A stretch of 64,000 nt of DNA from Octopus vulgaris (Eukaryota), in contig OX597816.1 of assembly GCA_951406725.2 (NCBI GenBank), forward strand, positions 72,540,001 to 72,604,000. Reading direction: 5' to 3'. The position numbers and the translations under genes are program-made. Shown piece by piece: positions 1 through 13,900 of this stretch; within the stretch, counting starts at the first letter, position 1, and the number at the start of each line of letters is the position of its first letter. The notes beneath the pieces were generated by a model. That model was given only the letters and a program-made list of their open reading frames with translations, had not been told where the DNA came from and made no database searches.

Positions 1-50
<50 letters not shown>
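1..50. repeat. (AAT)n microsatellite
   Basis: Pure AAT run; a second run lies at 305-362. Confidence 0.97.
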
Positions 51-51
<1 letters not shown>

Positions 52-302
52 GCAGAAATTCAAAAGATAGTGCTCATGGGACCTGCTCATATCCTACGCA
101 AAATACTTTCTATGTAATCTCAAGTTTTAAAACAAAGATAATTTTCGTATGGTTTTTTAGGCATGTACAACACTAAGTACAATACCAAATATATGGCACC
201 CTAGGCATAACACCAGCATGAACTTCCAACTTGTTGTCTCTTGAGGTCTCTGGGTGAGACTTGGAGCCGGCTTGTGCAAATGTAAAGCAAAAGTCAAACA
301 TA

Positions 303-304
<2 letters not shown>
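49..304 (+). mobile_element. 5'-truncated R4/Dong-like non-LTR retrotransposon: C-terminal codons plus 3' UTR
   Basis: 49-117 translates to MAEIQKIVLMGPAHILRKILSM*, resembling the recalled IQK..LLGT..ILR..L C-terminus of RLE-type elements. It is flanked on both sides by (AAT)n. Confidence 0.7.
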
Positions 305-364
<60 letters not shown>

Positions 365-959
365 TAATAAAAGTATCATGAAATCACCATGAGGCCCTCA
401 TATGGTTATGATGCATGTGCCTGGTGTACCCTTATCAGACGGGTGGTCATGATGGTTATATTGGGCTAGAGAAAACTACTCACACCCAGATATGTATAGA
501 AATATTAAAATGTTAAACACATGAAAACGTATACATATATGTACATACAAGCCATACGTGAGCTAGTTGCTGTTATGCTTACTTATCTAGTAGGAGAACT
601 TTAAGCCATACATAAATATAGTGGATAAAATAAGTCCCTATGTCGTTCCATACATTATGTTTTATATCTAACGAAGTATAAGCACATATGCGCAGGCTAA
701 ATATACGAGTGTGTGGGTGTATGTATGCAAATGCACACAAAAATACATATACGCGCATAGATACGGCAAAGTGTACAAGCAAATGTTCACATATGCAGAC
801 AAGAGGTCCATAAATACACAGTTAAAGGAACAATGCAATCATCAGAAATTAATATCAGTGGACAGTCATGTCTTTCGAATGCTAAACAAGGAACAGAGTT
901 GAGGTCGATGTCAAAGTGGGACGGAATAAACAGAGAGACAGATGACAGACAGACTGAAA

Positions 960-980
960 GGTAGATAGATAGATAGATAT

Positions 981-1015
<35 letters not shown>

Positions 1016-1107
1016 CGCAGGCAGGCACACAGGTACGAAGGAAGGTAGGTAGATGGTTAGATATATGAATTGATAGAGGCAGAGGAGACAGAAAGATAGG
1101 TAGATAG

Positions 1108-1161
<54 letters not shown>

Positions 1162-1211
1162 GGTAAATGGTACAAGGCACCAATATTTACTGTATGTATA
1201 TACATATATAC

Positions 1212-1242
<31 letters not shown>

Positions 1243-1244
1243 TG

Positions 1245-1285
<41 letters not shown>

Positions 1286-1539
1286 GCATCTACGTGTGTG
1301 TTTGTATTAACAAATAGATAAATTGTCAAACTGAAAGATAGACAGATAGATAGATATATAGATAAAGTAGATAGATAGATAGATAGAAAGATAGATAGAT
1401 AGATAGATTGGTAGACAGATTATTAGATATATAGATAGATTGAGAGAGACTGACAGACGGACAGACAGACAATGGACGGATATAGATAAAATGATAAAAT
1501 GATCGATAGATAAAAAAGTGGCTTGATAGTTTAATGCTT

Positions 1540-1599
<60 letters not shown>

Positions 1600-1780
1600 C
1601 GCGCACGCACACACAGAGGAGAGTAGAGACAGACAGACAGAGAGCGTATTCAAAGAAATAGATGGATAGATAGAAAGCTAAATTATTTGGAATACGAAAT
1701 ATCTGATTGGTGTGGCTAGGAAAAATGCACAAGATGCAAATAATAAGAGGTAAACGTTACGGCGAAAACAAAAATAAACG

Positions 1781-1831
<51 letters not shown>

Positions 1832-1849
1832 TGTATGTATGTATGTATG

Positions 1850-1902
<53 letters not shown>

Positions 1903-1960
1903 CTGTATACACACATACACAAACACACATACATACACACACAAACACAAACACAAAGAC
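960..1960. repeat. Compound (GATA)n/(TA)n/(TATG)n microsatellite region
   Basis: Directly visible simple repeats. Confidence 0.95.
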
Positions 1961-2335
1961 ACACACATACATGAGACAGATGGAAAACAATAAAAGCAAG
2001 AAGAAAAGAAAGTAAATAGTTTAGGTTTGATAAAGTAATTCTCGCGAGACTACACTTCTCGTCTGTTAGTAAGGTCAAAATCGGACTCTCAAAGAAACAG
2101 AAGGAAGCATTGCTTTTCTTCTCTTCCATTATTTTTTCTTTCACCTCTGTTTCTAGCGATCTGTATGGATTATCGTCTTCTGAGAAGACAGACAGGTTAA
2201 AAGTATGGCTGCTTGAGAAAGAAAACGAGAAAAGAAAACTAAAAGTGCGTAAGACAAAGACCTTCCATACACACGAATATACACTTCTTCATACACACTT
2301 GTTTCTAAAATCGTACTAGCAAACATATACATACA

Positions 2336-2399
<64 letters not shown>

Positions 2400-2500
2400 T
2401 ATGCACGTATGCATGTATGTAATACGTAGAATGCTATTTTGAACTAATACTGCCGCTGCCGCTTATAAAGAACAAACACACACACATATATACACATACG

Positions 2501-2563
<63 letters not shown>

Positions 2564-2582
2564 GTATATATATATATGTTTA

Positions 2583-2660
<78 letters not shown>

Positions 2661-3586
2661 TATGCACATACATCACGGGGAAACCACTGGAACCGTTGTT
2701 TAGTTATTACTAATAGGTTATGGCAGTTATTGTCGTTGGAAGCAGTATGGCGTTTTAACGCCATCATTTATTCAATGTCACTTCTTGTTTTCTTTAGGGT
2801 TTGTCTTATTCACTCTCGAAAATTCTCTTTACTTTCTATTATCATCATCATCATCATCATCATCATTATTATTATTATTATTGCTATTCATTGCTTTATT
2901 TTCAAATCTTTCAGTTTGCCACCCGTGGTTCTTTATTCCATCACTTCCCTAAGTGACTTCCCTCCCCTTTTTTTTTCTTCCTTTCATCATTTATTATTAT
3001 TATTATTATTATTATTAGTGTTGTTGTTATTGTTGTTATCTCATCTAATATCAATTCTTTTATGTGTGTGTGTATGTATAACTCGTGCCAGGCCTCCTTT
3101 CCGTCCAATTAATATCTAATAAAAACCCCTCTTAATTTGTCACCACCAACACATCCGCATCATTACCCTCACATGCCTTCAATTTTTTCTTTTTTTGCCT
3201 GTCCGTATGGGCCTCTATTTGCGATATCTTTTATTCCGCTCAAACACCATATTTCATCTGTTGGTTTGTTTCCATTCTTCTCCGCATCTATTCCGTTACA
3301 TTATCAATGTCTTTCGCTCTTATGGAGGCCAATTATCACTCTCTCACTCTTTTGTTGTTGTTCTTCTTATTCCTCTCTTTCCTTTTTTCTCCGCCTTCAT
3401 CTGTACTTCTCACTATAACGCCTGCATGCATATACACACACACATACATTCAACGTAAAACGCTTCATACAATTCCTCTTTCGTTTGCTTTCTCTTCTAA
3501 TTTATGTTGTCTATCTCAATATCATTATATCATCTGAGCTATTTAATCAAACGTTCACACACATACATTTACACATACATACATAC

Positions 3587-3638
<52 letters not shown>

Positions 3639-3715
3639 CATATGTACATATGTATATATATACATACATGTACATATGTATATATATATATAGATAGATA
3701 GATACATACATACAT

Positions 3716-3893
3716 GTACCGTTGGCGATTTTTTTCCCTCTGTCTTCCCTTCTCTGGATCTTTCCTTCTCCTATGTTTCCGACAAAGAGCTCCGCTCGAA
3801 ACGTTAAACCCTCCTTCTTCCCTTCTTTCCTGAGCGTCCAATAATACTATATTTGTTCCACGTCCACGCGTTGTTGTGTTTTTTTGCTTGGAT

Positions 3894-3897
<4 letters not shown>
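3716..3897 (+). mobile_element. Short Penelope-like pseudo-LTR/retrozyme-like repeat with a minimal hammerhead
   Basis: Homologous to 11290-11495 (-), 43865-43920 (+) and, more distantly, 31400-31560 (-). It contains a hammerhead fold at 3775-3809 and is flanked by microsatellites. Confidence 0.6.
3775..3809 (+). ncRNA. Minimal type I hammerhead ribozyme motif (degenerate core)
   Basis: GTTT-CCGACAA-A-GAGC(TCC)GCTC-GAAA-CG-TT-AAAC: stem I GTTT/AAAC, stem II GAGC/GCTC, palindromic ACGT in place of stem III. The core deviates from CUGANGA at two positions. Confidence 0.6.
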
Positions 3898-3974
<77 letters not shown>

Positions 3975-4013
3975 GTATATATACAGATATGTATATATAC
4001 ATATGTACATATT

Positions 4014-4057
<44 letters not shown>

Positions 4058-4289
4058 CATATATATATTGAAAATAATAAGTTAGTCAGAATGTTGGATG
4101 ATTATATTTATTTTTATTTACATATTTTAGCGTTTACTCCCGTTATCGGATTCAACAAAAAAGCGGTTTATAGTAAGTTTACTTAACCTTTTTATATAAA
4201 AAGACCTAGAAAATTTTACTGTATGCGTATATATATATATATATAGATATGTGTGTATTTAATGTTTGTATATATGTATGTATATAGGG

Positions 4290-4412
4290 ATGGATCAAAC
4301 AGTTTGAAGCAAAATCCTTGGTACTCTGAGTTCATGCGTGTCGGTAGTCATCGGCCATTAGGAGTCTGAATCTCAGAGTTCCAAGGAGTTTGAATCACAC
4401 TGTTTGATCCAT
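4290..4412. mobile_element. Small fold-back MITE-like element
   Basis: 41-bp inverted arms (4290-4330 and 4372-4412) with about 5 mismatches. Confidence 0.6.
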
Positions 4413-4511
4413 ACATGTAACTCCCAATGAATGTGCTGATTGCCATTCTTTCGTTTGTCTACTCATACGTGTGTGTATATATATATATATATCAATCTAC
4501 CTATCTATCTG

Positions 4512-4640
<129 letters not shown>

Positions 4641-5509
4641 ATGTATGTATGTATGTATGTATATATAATAAAAATAAGCAACAAGGATATCCAAAGGTAA
4701 TGCAGTACGATCGTTTCATGCGACTCCATTTAATTAAACGATGCAAATATTACATCAGTTTTAAAATGTAGAGCAATCCTCAGTTGCATATAAATATAGA
4801 ATTTAGTAAAATTGAAAAGATTGAAAAGATTCATATTTATACTTATTCCATTTACCAACATCACAGAGAAACACGTTTCATCAACAGAAACATGGTATTG
4901 TTTTCTGGAGATACTGTTTATCATTGATTTTACTTTGATATTTAGATTTACTATTGGGGAGGGGTTTAATATTATTTCATCAGGTCTAGTGGAGACAAAA
5001 CAAGAATCTTTCCTTTTATAGATAGAGGAAGAGACAGTTTAAGTGGAAGAGTCATAAATCAAGTTCCCTTTGAAGAACTCAATTTGGTTCAGTTGAATAT
5101 ATTTCAGCTAAAATTGGTAGGCCAAAGCTGATGGGGTAGGGAGAATAGAAACTTTTAATACTTAAATATTTAATAGCCATAATCCTAATTTTGATTTTGA
5201 AATAAATAGGTATATTTTAGATAGTTTTTTCAAAGAATTCGAATAATTTTAGTATCTTATACAATATAGGGATGGAGAATATAGAAATGATTTCATGTTT
5301 TTATATAAATATAAATCAAATTAATATAAATTTATAGTTAATTAGTAAATGGTAATTTATTGGTATTAATGAGTTTAATTAAAGGAATATGGTAAACATT
5401 TCATATATTATCTACATGCTAATAATACATGCAAATAAATTCAGGCACGCAAATGCACAAATAAAAAGAAACCCACCGGACTAAAGAAGAGAAATGCAAA
5501 TAATTCTTC

Positions 5510-6048
5510 GAAATGTTAGCACAAGGCCAGCAATTTCCAAGGGTAATGGGGTCAAGTCATTTACATCAACCACACTAATTGACTGTTGCTCTATTTTATC
5601 GACCCGAAAGGATGAAAGGCAAACCTAACTTTGGTTGCCTTTAAACTCAGACAGCGAAGTCCTAGAAGAAACTCCGATAAGTATTTTGTCGAACTGGTAG
5701 TTAATTTATCGACCCCGAAAGGATTAAATGCGAAGCCGACCTCGGCGGAATTTGAACTCAGAATGTAAAGACAGACGAGATACCGCTCAGCATTTCGCCC
5801 GGTGTGCTGACGTTTCTTATTTCTTTATTGCCCACAAGGGGCTAAACATAGAGGGGACGAACAAGGACAGACAAAGGGATTAAGTCGATTACATCGAACC
5901 CAGTGCGAAACCGGTACTTAATTTATCGAACCCGAAAAGACTAAAGGCAAAACCAACCTCGGCGGAATTTGAACTCAGAATTTAAAGACAGACGAGATAC
6001 TACCCAGCATTTCGCCTGGCATGCTAACGTTTCTGCTAGTTCACTGCC
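5510..6048 (-). mobile_element. SINE family A, tandem and partial copies
   Basis: Matches the unit GGCGGCGAGCTGGCAGAA...GAGTTCAAATTCC...GCCTTTCATCCTTTCGGGGTCGATAAA seen at 33835, 59653 and 61775; tRNA-like A/B boxes. Confidence 0.85.
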
Positions 6049-6429
6049 TTGTAAATGCGCCTAATTAAGAAGCCCTCGAGTATAATTTTGTTGGCGGACC
6101 ATCATGTTAGATGAGAATAATGGCTTAACTTACAAAATTTCAATTGGTTGTTCTTAATTCGGTATGGAAACCTCAGACTATTTTCAATATGTGAAAACTT
6201 CACTGTGTGCCAAATTATACCCCGCAGGTAGAATAACATATTGAAAACGAAGGATAAAGAAAATCAACAGAAGAATAGAAGTTTGACGATAGCATTAAAT
6301 CTCTTTGTTTGAATAATATATACCGAGATTTGTGCATGCAGGCACTAAACCAACAAACCTCGGTAAGGATTAATTTGAATTCATAATATATTACTGGTAC
6401 TTACTTTATTGATCCTTCTGTGACAAGTG

Positions 6430-6680
6430 AAAGCATGTGACCTGGGGATTGCGGTGTTGCACAGACGGTCGCAAGATGGTGGTTCCGATTCCAAGATTGC
6501 GCAGTACGTTGCGTTCTTGAGAAAAACACTTCCTTTCAAGTTGCTCCAGTCCACTCGGCCGTAAATGGGTAACCCTGCAAAAAAATGGTGTCCTATTCAA
6601 GGAGAATATTGTGATCTCGGGCACTATACTATGAAAACCGGCCCTATGCAAGCTATGGCTCCAGAGAGTGATGTCCATAA
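6430..6680 (+). mobile_element. Degraded tRNA-headed SINE with CORE-like middle domain
   Basis: B-box-like GGTTCCGATTCC followed by GTTGCTCCAGTCCACTCGGCCGTAAATGGGTA, similar to the family D middle region. Confidence 0.55.
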
Positions 6681-7298
6681 GTTGATGATGACGATGATGA
6701 TGATGATGATGATGATGATGATAGTGTTGATGATGATAGCTGAGAGTACAAAGCTCGATTCCGGTATGGGTTGTAGCTATAATCCAAAGCGTCTATACTG
6801 AAACACAATGTCTGGCAGATACTGCCTTGAGTTTCCGTTGACATACCGTAGTCTATGACAAATTCAACCATTTACATTAAAATTCTGTTCGAAGGTTGTT
6901 TGATTTCATCGAACAGTTGAAAAATTGATCATCAAAATTTATTTATAACAACATCCATTTATTTATTTATTTATTTACTTGAATCGGCGATTCGGTTTCG
7001 ATTCTCGAACACCATTAATGCCACTGAACGAAGGATTTATGAATGTGCATTTCATTTCCTCTTTCCTGTAAATCTCATCTCGTTCACTTTGGGATCAATA
7101 TGATAGGAGATTGATATAATATTGGCAATCACTTCTTTCGATTTTAAAGATAGGGAGTCAATATATAATTCGGCGAAGTGTAAAAGGATATTTATGACCA
7201 GATGTAAAACATCACGGCTACTTCGCAACTACTTCGGTAAACCTACAACAAAGGAAGATGAAAGGGTCGAATTCGGCTTAATAGGAAAGGACTCCTGA

Positions 7299-7446
7299 GT
7301 GTATGTATGTATGTATGTATGTATGTATGTATGTATGTATGTATGTATGCATGTATGCAGGCATGCATGTATATATGTATGCATGAATGCATACATCGAT
7401 GTATGTATGTGTGTATACACACACACACACACACCAATACACACAC

Positions 7447-7494
<48 letters not shown>

Positions 7495-7729
7495 GTATGT
7501 GTGTATGTATGCATGTATGTATATATGTATGAATGAATGTATGTGTGTGTATGTATGTATGTATGTATGTATGCATCCATGCATTCATGCATGCTTGCAT
7601 GTATGTATGTAGGTGTGTGTGTGCATATATGTATATATGATTGAATGTATGTGTTTGTATGTATTGTTTGCATGCATGTATGCATGTATGAATGTATGTA
7701 TGTGTGTGTGTTTATGTATTATGTATGCC

Positions 7730-7761
<32 letters not shown>

Positions 7762-7817
7762 TGTATGTATGTATGTATGTATGTATGTATGTATGTGTGT
7801 GTGTGTGTGTGTGTGTA
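7299..7817. repeat. (TATG)n/(TA)n/(TG)n compound microsatellite
   Basis: Directly visible. Confidence 0.95.
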
Positions 7818-7973
7818 TGTGGCTGTGTGATAAGTATTTTGCTTACCGACCACATGGTTCCGGGTTCAGTCCCACTGCATGGCACCTTGGGTAAGTGTCT
7901 TCTACTATAGCCTCGGACCGACCAAAGTATTGTGAGTGGATTTGGTAGACGGAAACTGAAAGAAATCCGTCGT
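7818..7973 (+). mobile_element. SINE family B, 5' half
   Basis: TGTGGCTGTGTGATAAG...GGTTCAGTCCC...GGCACCTTGGGTAAGTGTCTTCTACTATAGCC...GGAAACTGAAAGAA, followed by (TA)n. Confidence 0.85.
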
Positions 7974-7982
7974 ATATTTACA

Positions 7983-8063
<81 letters not shown>

Positions 8064-9736
8064 CCTACACAGATACCTGCGGGCAAAGTTATTTTGTTAA
8101 TAGCTAGAGAGAGATTTGAAACTTTGAAGCGAAATGCCTCCATAAGAGAATAGAAACCAAGTGGAAGATTTTGCTCGCCAAAAACTTTACTACTTTATAA
8201 TATACGGAGTTAATCTTGTGACGATGAAGAATTACAGAAAAATAAAAGCTTGATATCAACATCTCACTACTATGTTACAAAAACACACTATTACCTCGTC
8301 TCTGATAATATCATTTTAGTCTTCAAACACGACTCGATAAACGATCAACGGCATTTAACGGTAGATAAATAAACATTAGGAGAAAATAGGAACAACAAGC
8401 AAGGAAAACACAAATAATGTACATTGTGTTTCCTTTGTAGCCCGGTTGTGTAAGTGTGCGAATTTCCTGATATGGCATTTTGGTTTTTTCCCCGCCGTCG
8501 TTCCCGCTACCAAAAACCGTCACCTCGGCCACCGCCAACAATAACAACATTTATATCTAAAGATAAAAACATGTAAAGAAATAAATAAAAAAATGCCAAC
8601 AAGAACATACAGAAATAAAGAGACATCCTCCCGAAAAAAAAATACTTCCAAAAACAAACATGTTTCTGTTATGGAAATCATATACGGCATAAAAGTGTTA
8701 ACTTTGTTCGATTTTTCCTTAATGGCGACAAACATTTTATCAAATGAAGGCAATCAGCGAAAACAAAACGAGTATAAATAGATTGTTGCTTGTTTCATAA
8801 CACAAACGCACGCTACTTTTATTGACTATTTCACAGTCAATTTATTTTCCATCGTTAGAAATCTGTTTATCCATTTCGGTGTTACCGAAAATGTCTCGTT
8901 TCTTAGTTGATTACTCTTTTCAAAGTGGACTTTGTTTTACTTCAAAACCAACAACCTAACAGAACGTAGCAAATCGGAAATGGTTCTTCTATTCTATATC
9001 CGGTTTTCACTTCTAACCAGCTTCAATGAGATTTTGTATACATCTCGTTTAGTAAGGCAAATTTTGCACAAAAGGATGTTAGCAGCCATAGTGAAAACTC
9101 TCACTTCATTCTGATCAACCGCGTGAAAACGAAACCTATCCATAATAGCCAACCCCCAACTCCTTCCACTACCTCACATCACTAATACTTTAATAGTGTA
9201 ATGAAGTCCATTCAGATTTCTTCTAGCGTCGGTTTTAGATGAAGATATGGTCAATCCTTTAACGGACGCTTTAATATTAAAATGTATTTTGAAGATATAT
9301 TTAGCAGGCAATTTAACTGTAATGTTTAACTACACAGACTACGTATGGCTTCAATTCATGATCCAGAAGCAGGTAACCGACTACTTTAGTCAGTCGAGCG
9401 CGTACACAGGCATACATAAACATGCGTGCATATGCACATGCATTCGAGCGCGTACAACCACACACACACACACACACGTAAGAAGAAAGATCAGACACTT
9501 CTGATCGTTGAAAACAATTAGCTTTACTCGCTACGGTAAACTCCGTTCATTTGTGATGTTTGGTAGCAAAATAAAAGAGAAAGGATACTCGTATATTAAA
9601 GAAGTTAGCTTCACAAAACAATTGGCTCCGAGTTCGAACCTTATATACGTATTTACTGTTTTAGCCATGTGTTCACTGTATGATTTGCCAAAAAACAGAT
9701 AGGCAGAAATTGTGCGAAAGCTAACACACACACACA

Positions 9737-9806
<70 letters not shown>

Positions 9807-10441
9807 CGTACACACGCACATCTTTTATTTTTTCTTTGTTTCAATCATTGCTCTGCAGCCTTGCTGGGGCACATGCTTAAAGGGTTTAATCGAACAGATC
9901 GGCCGTATCGGTTGTTCACTTTTTGTCGAACCGCTATTTACGAAGACATAAAGAAACCAACACATACTGTCAAACACAGTTACAAAGATACATGTACGCA
10001 AAAATACGCACAAACAAACACATACTAGCACACACACACACTCATACACACACATATATACACAACAGGATATTCCGTCTATCATATTCACACGCAATGT
10101 ATTGTTTGAAATGTGGCTTTAATAGTGACTCAGTGGGCGCCGAAGTCAGTGACCGAAGGTGTGTCGAACAATGAGACTGTGTCCGAAACGACGTGGTTGG
10201 CAAGCGAGATTCTTAATCGCCGAACTATACCTGTACCTATGTATGTATGTATGTATGTATGTATGTATGTATGTATGTATGTATGTATGTATGTATGTAT
10301 GTATGTATGTATGTATGCATGTATGTACGTACGTATGTATGTATGCATACATACATACAAATATATATATATATAGATATACATATAATTTGTATGTATA
10401 TATATATATATATATATACATACATACATACGTGCGAGTAA

Positions 10442-10476
<35 letters not shown>

Positions 10477-10769
10477 TGTGTGTGCTTGTGTACAGTGGAG
10501 TAAATCGATGTGCTTTGGGTTACGTTTCTTTAATCCAAAATAACTTAGAGCTAAGTGCCAGATTGAAATAAGTGGTAGAATCGATGAAATCTGCTCGAAG
10601 ACATACGCATTCTCATGACCGGTGACTAATAGCTAAAACCAAGCAGAGAAAATACACGCATGCAGACGTATATGCATATGTATGTGTGTGTGTATAAATA
10701 TATATATACATATGTGTGTGTGTGTGTATGTGTGTGTATGTATGTACAAACACGCACAAACACACACAC

Positions 10770-10824
<55 letters not shown>

Positions 10825-10834
10825 GATATATACC

Positions 10835-11036
10835 ATGGCCTAATGGTTAGAGCAGCGAACTCGCGGTCGAGGGATCGAGCGTTCGAATCTCAGACCGGGC
10901 GAGATGTATGTTTATGAGCGCATCTTGCAGCTCACCTTCGACGGACCGGCGTCCTGTCCAAGTGGGGAATCTATACGCCAAGAAAACCGGAAAACCGGCC
11001 TTTATGAGCCAGGCGTGGCTCGAGAAGGAACAAACA
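10835..11036 (+). mobile_element. SINE family C, internally deleted, tail type 2
   Basis: tRNA-like head TGGCCTAATGGTTAGAGC...GTTCGAATCT; tail shared with 15206-15486. Confidence 0.8.
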
Positions 11037-11071
<35 letters not shown>

Positions 11072-11160
11072 CGCACACACAAAGTTACTTAAAGTTAAAA
11101 TATGGTGTCTGGTTTTTACATTTGTTATTGTTGTATTAAAAAAAGTTTTTGGGGATTGAT

Positions 11161-11264
<104 letters not shown>

Positions 11265-11289
11265 TGTGTATGTGTGTGTGTGTGTGTGT

Positions 11290-11495
11290 GTACAATCAAT
11301 CCAACATGAACAAGCAAGAAAAGACAACAACGCGAGGACGTGGAATAGGTACACTGTTATTGAACACTCAGGAAAGGAAAAACAAAAGAGGATTTCACAT
11401 TCCGAGCGTAGCTCTTCATCAGAAATATAGAAAAAGTCCAAAGAAGAGAAGACGGACAAAGAAAATCGCCAACGATACACACGCGGTCACATATT
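11290..11495 (-). mobile_element. Short Penelope-like pseudo-LTR repeat with a hammerhead (homolog of 3716-3897)
   Basis: Reverse complement aligns with 3716-3897. Confidence 0.6.
11392..11426 (-). ncRNA. Minimal type I hammerhead motif (degenerate GAAA)
   Basis: Minus strand reads ATTT-CTGATGA-A-GAGC(TAC)GCTC-GGAA-TG-TG-AAAT. Confidence 0.55.
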
Positions 11496-11760
11496 GAAAC
11501 GACTGGAAAGGGATGGGTGAAGAAAAAGTTCTTTCTAAGACAGGAAGAAGGGATTGAAGATGTTGGAGGAATGAGAGGAGGTCAAGCATGGTGAGAGGGT
11601 GCGAACGTCGGTGTAGGTGTTATTGGTGGCGACAAAAAAGGAAAAGAGAAAGAGAAAAGTGGAAGTAGAACAGAAGATAGGTAGAAGGAGGACGAGATAA
11701 AGATGTAGGGTGGCGTAATCCAGAGGGAGAGAAAGAATGAGTGATGTATATATACATATG

Positions 11761-12063
11761 GAGGGGCAATGGCCCAGTGGTTAGGGCAGCGGACTCACGG
11801 TCGGAGGATCGTGGTTTCGATTCCCGGACCGAGTGTTGTGTGTGTTTATTGAGCGAAAACACCTGAAGCTCTAAGATTGTCCGGCAGGGGTGGGGGCGAC
11901 CCCTGCTGTACTCTTTCGCCACAACTTTCACTCTTTCTTCTTTTGCCCTGCTTGCTTAGCCAGCGGGGTGGCGTCATTTGTAGGCTAAAACAATGCGAAG
12001 CGCATTATGACCAGCGATGTGTAGCAACATCTGATAGCCTTGTCGGTCACGTGATCACGTGAT
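11761..12063 (+). mobile_element. SINE family C, tail type 1
   Basis: Head GGCAATGGCCCAGTGGTTAGGGCAGCGGACTC...GGTTTCGATTCCC; the tail ends GGTCACGTGATCACGTGAT; homolog at 43997-44283. Confidence 0.85.
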
Positions 12064-12072
12064 ATATATATA

Positions 12073-12150
<78 letters not shown>

Positions 12151-12337
12151 CACACATATATTTATGTACATATCCACACATACGTTATCTTTATATCTAT
12201 CATTCGATCGTTTTATATATATACTTGGTGCCGAAACCGTAAAATAAACAACGTGAAATTGAAAGTGAAGAGTAGCAATTGAGAAGACGCATGCGCACAT
12301 GTGTTATTGTGTGTTGGGGCATGTGTATGCGTATGTT

Positions 12338-12414
12338 TGTAGTAGTAATAGAAGTAGTATTTGTAGTAGTAGTAGTAGTATTTGTTGTTGTAGAAGTAGT
12401 AGTATTTGTAGTAA

Positions 12415-12450
<36 letters not shown>

Positions 12451-12451
12451 C

Positions 12452-12497
<46 letters not shown>
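12338..12497. repeat. (GTA)n microsatellite
   Basis: Directly visible. Confidence 0.95.
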
Positions 12498-12870
12498 ATC
12501 GTCGTCGTTTGCCTTTTGTTTTTTTATGTCTGTAGCAATGTGTTAGTCGGTACAGTGGTCAGCTGAGTACTGGAGACGTGTAACCATCGTGAGCCAAGCT
12601 GGGACGAAATTGGCTGCAAAATGGCGGTGGTGTCGTGAGCCACTTGGGAACGGACCGCTGAAATGATTCAATGCTTGATATGTGACAGCAGCCAAAGCTA
12701 TCTTACGTTAACGTGTCCATTGCTGCAGGAATAATTGAAGTCCCAGTGAGTGTATGTGATTTTCGGGGTGTGCAAGTGTGTGTGAGTGTTTATGTATGTT
12801 GTGTGTATGCGTGCGCACGTGTGCGTTCAGGGTTGTGTTTCTGTATGATTGGTAATACATATTTATATCA

Positions 12871-12946
<76 letters not shown>

Positions 12947-13156
12947 GCACACACGCTTATATATATATATTTAGAGAGGGGGAGAGACAGAGAAAGAGAG
13001 AGACACACACAATATATATTATGTGTGTGTGTCTCGCTTTCTCCCTCACTCTCTCTTTCGCTAAATACATACACACACACACATATATATATATATACAT
13101 ATATATATAATGTATATGTATGTATGTATGTATGTATGTATCTATCTATGTATCTA

Positions 13157-13199
<43 letters not shown>

Positions 13200-13203
<4 letters not shown>

Positions 13204-13837
13204 TTTTCTCTCTTTTCTCAGTCATTCTGAATGCGGCCATACTGGGGCACTCCCTTTAGTCGAGCCAATCGATCACAGCACTTATTCTTTGTAAGCCTAG
13301 TACTTATTCCATCAGTCTTATTCCATCGGTCTCTTTTGTCGAACTGCTATGTTACGGGGACGTAAACACACAAATACGTCGGTTGTCAAGCGATGGTGGG
13401 TGGATAAACACCAACATAAATACATGCATTTTAAAAACTTTTTTTACTTGTTTCAGTCATTTGACTGTGGCCATGCTGGAGCACCGCCTTTCAGTCGAGC
13501 AAATTGACCCCAGGATTTATTCTTTGTAAGCCTATTACCTATTCTATCGGTCACTTTTGCTGAACCGCTAAGTTACGGGGACGTAAACACACCAGCATCG
13601 GTTGTCAAGTGATGTGTGGGGGGGACAAACATAGACACACAAACATATACACACAAACGTATATATATACATATATACGACGGGCTTCTTTCAGTTTCCG
13701 TCTACCAAATCCACACACAAGGATTTGGTCGGCTCGAGGCTATAGTAAAAGACACTTGCCTAAGGTGACACTTAGTGGGACTGAACCCGGAACCATGTGG
13801 CTTGTAAGCAAGCTACTTACCGCACAGCCACTCCTAC

Positions 13838-13900
<63 letters not shown>

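Noticed and set aside
4730-5400. AT-rich segment with short ORFs, considered as a Penelope or other TE coding remnant
   Set aside because: No recognisable RT or GIY-YIG motif in the frames examined.
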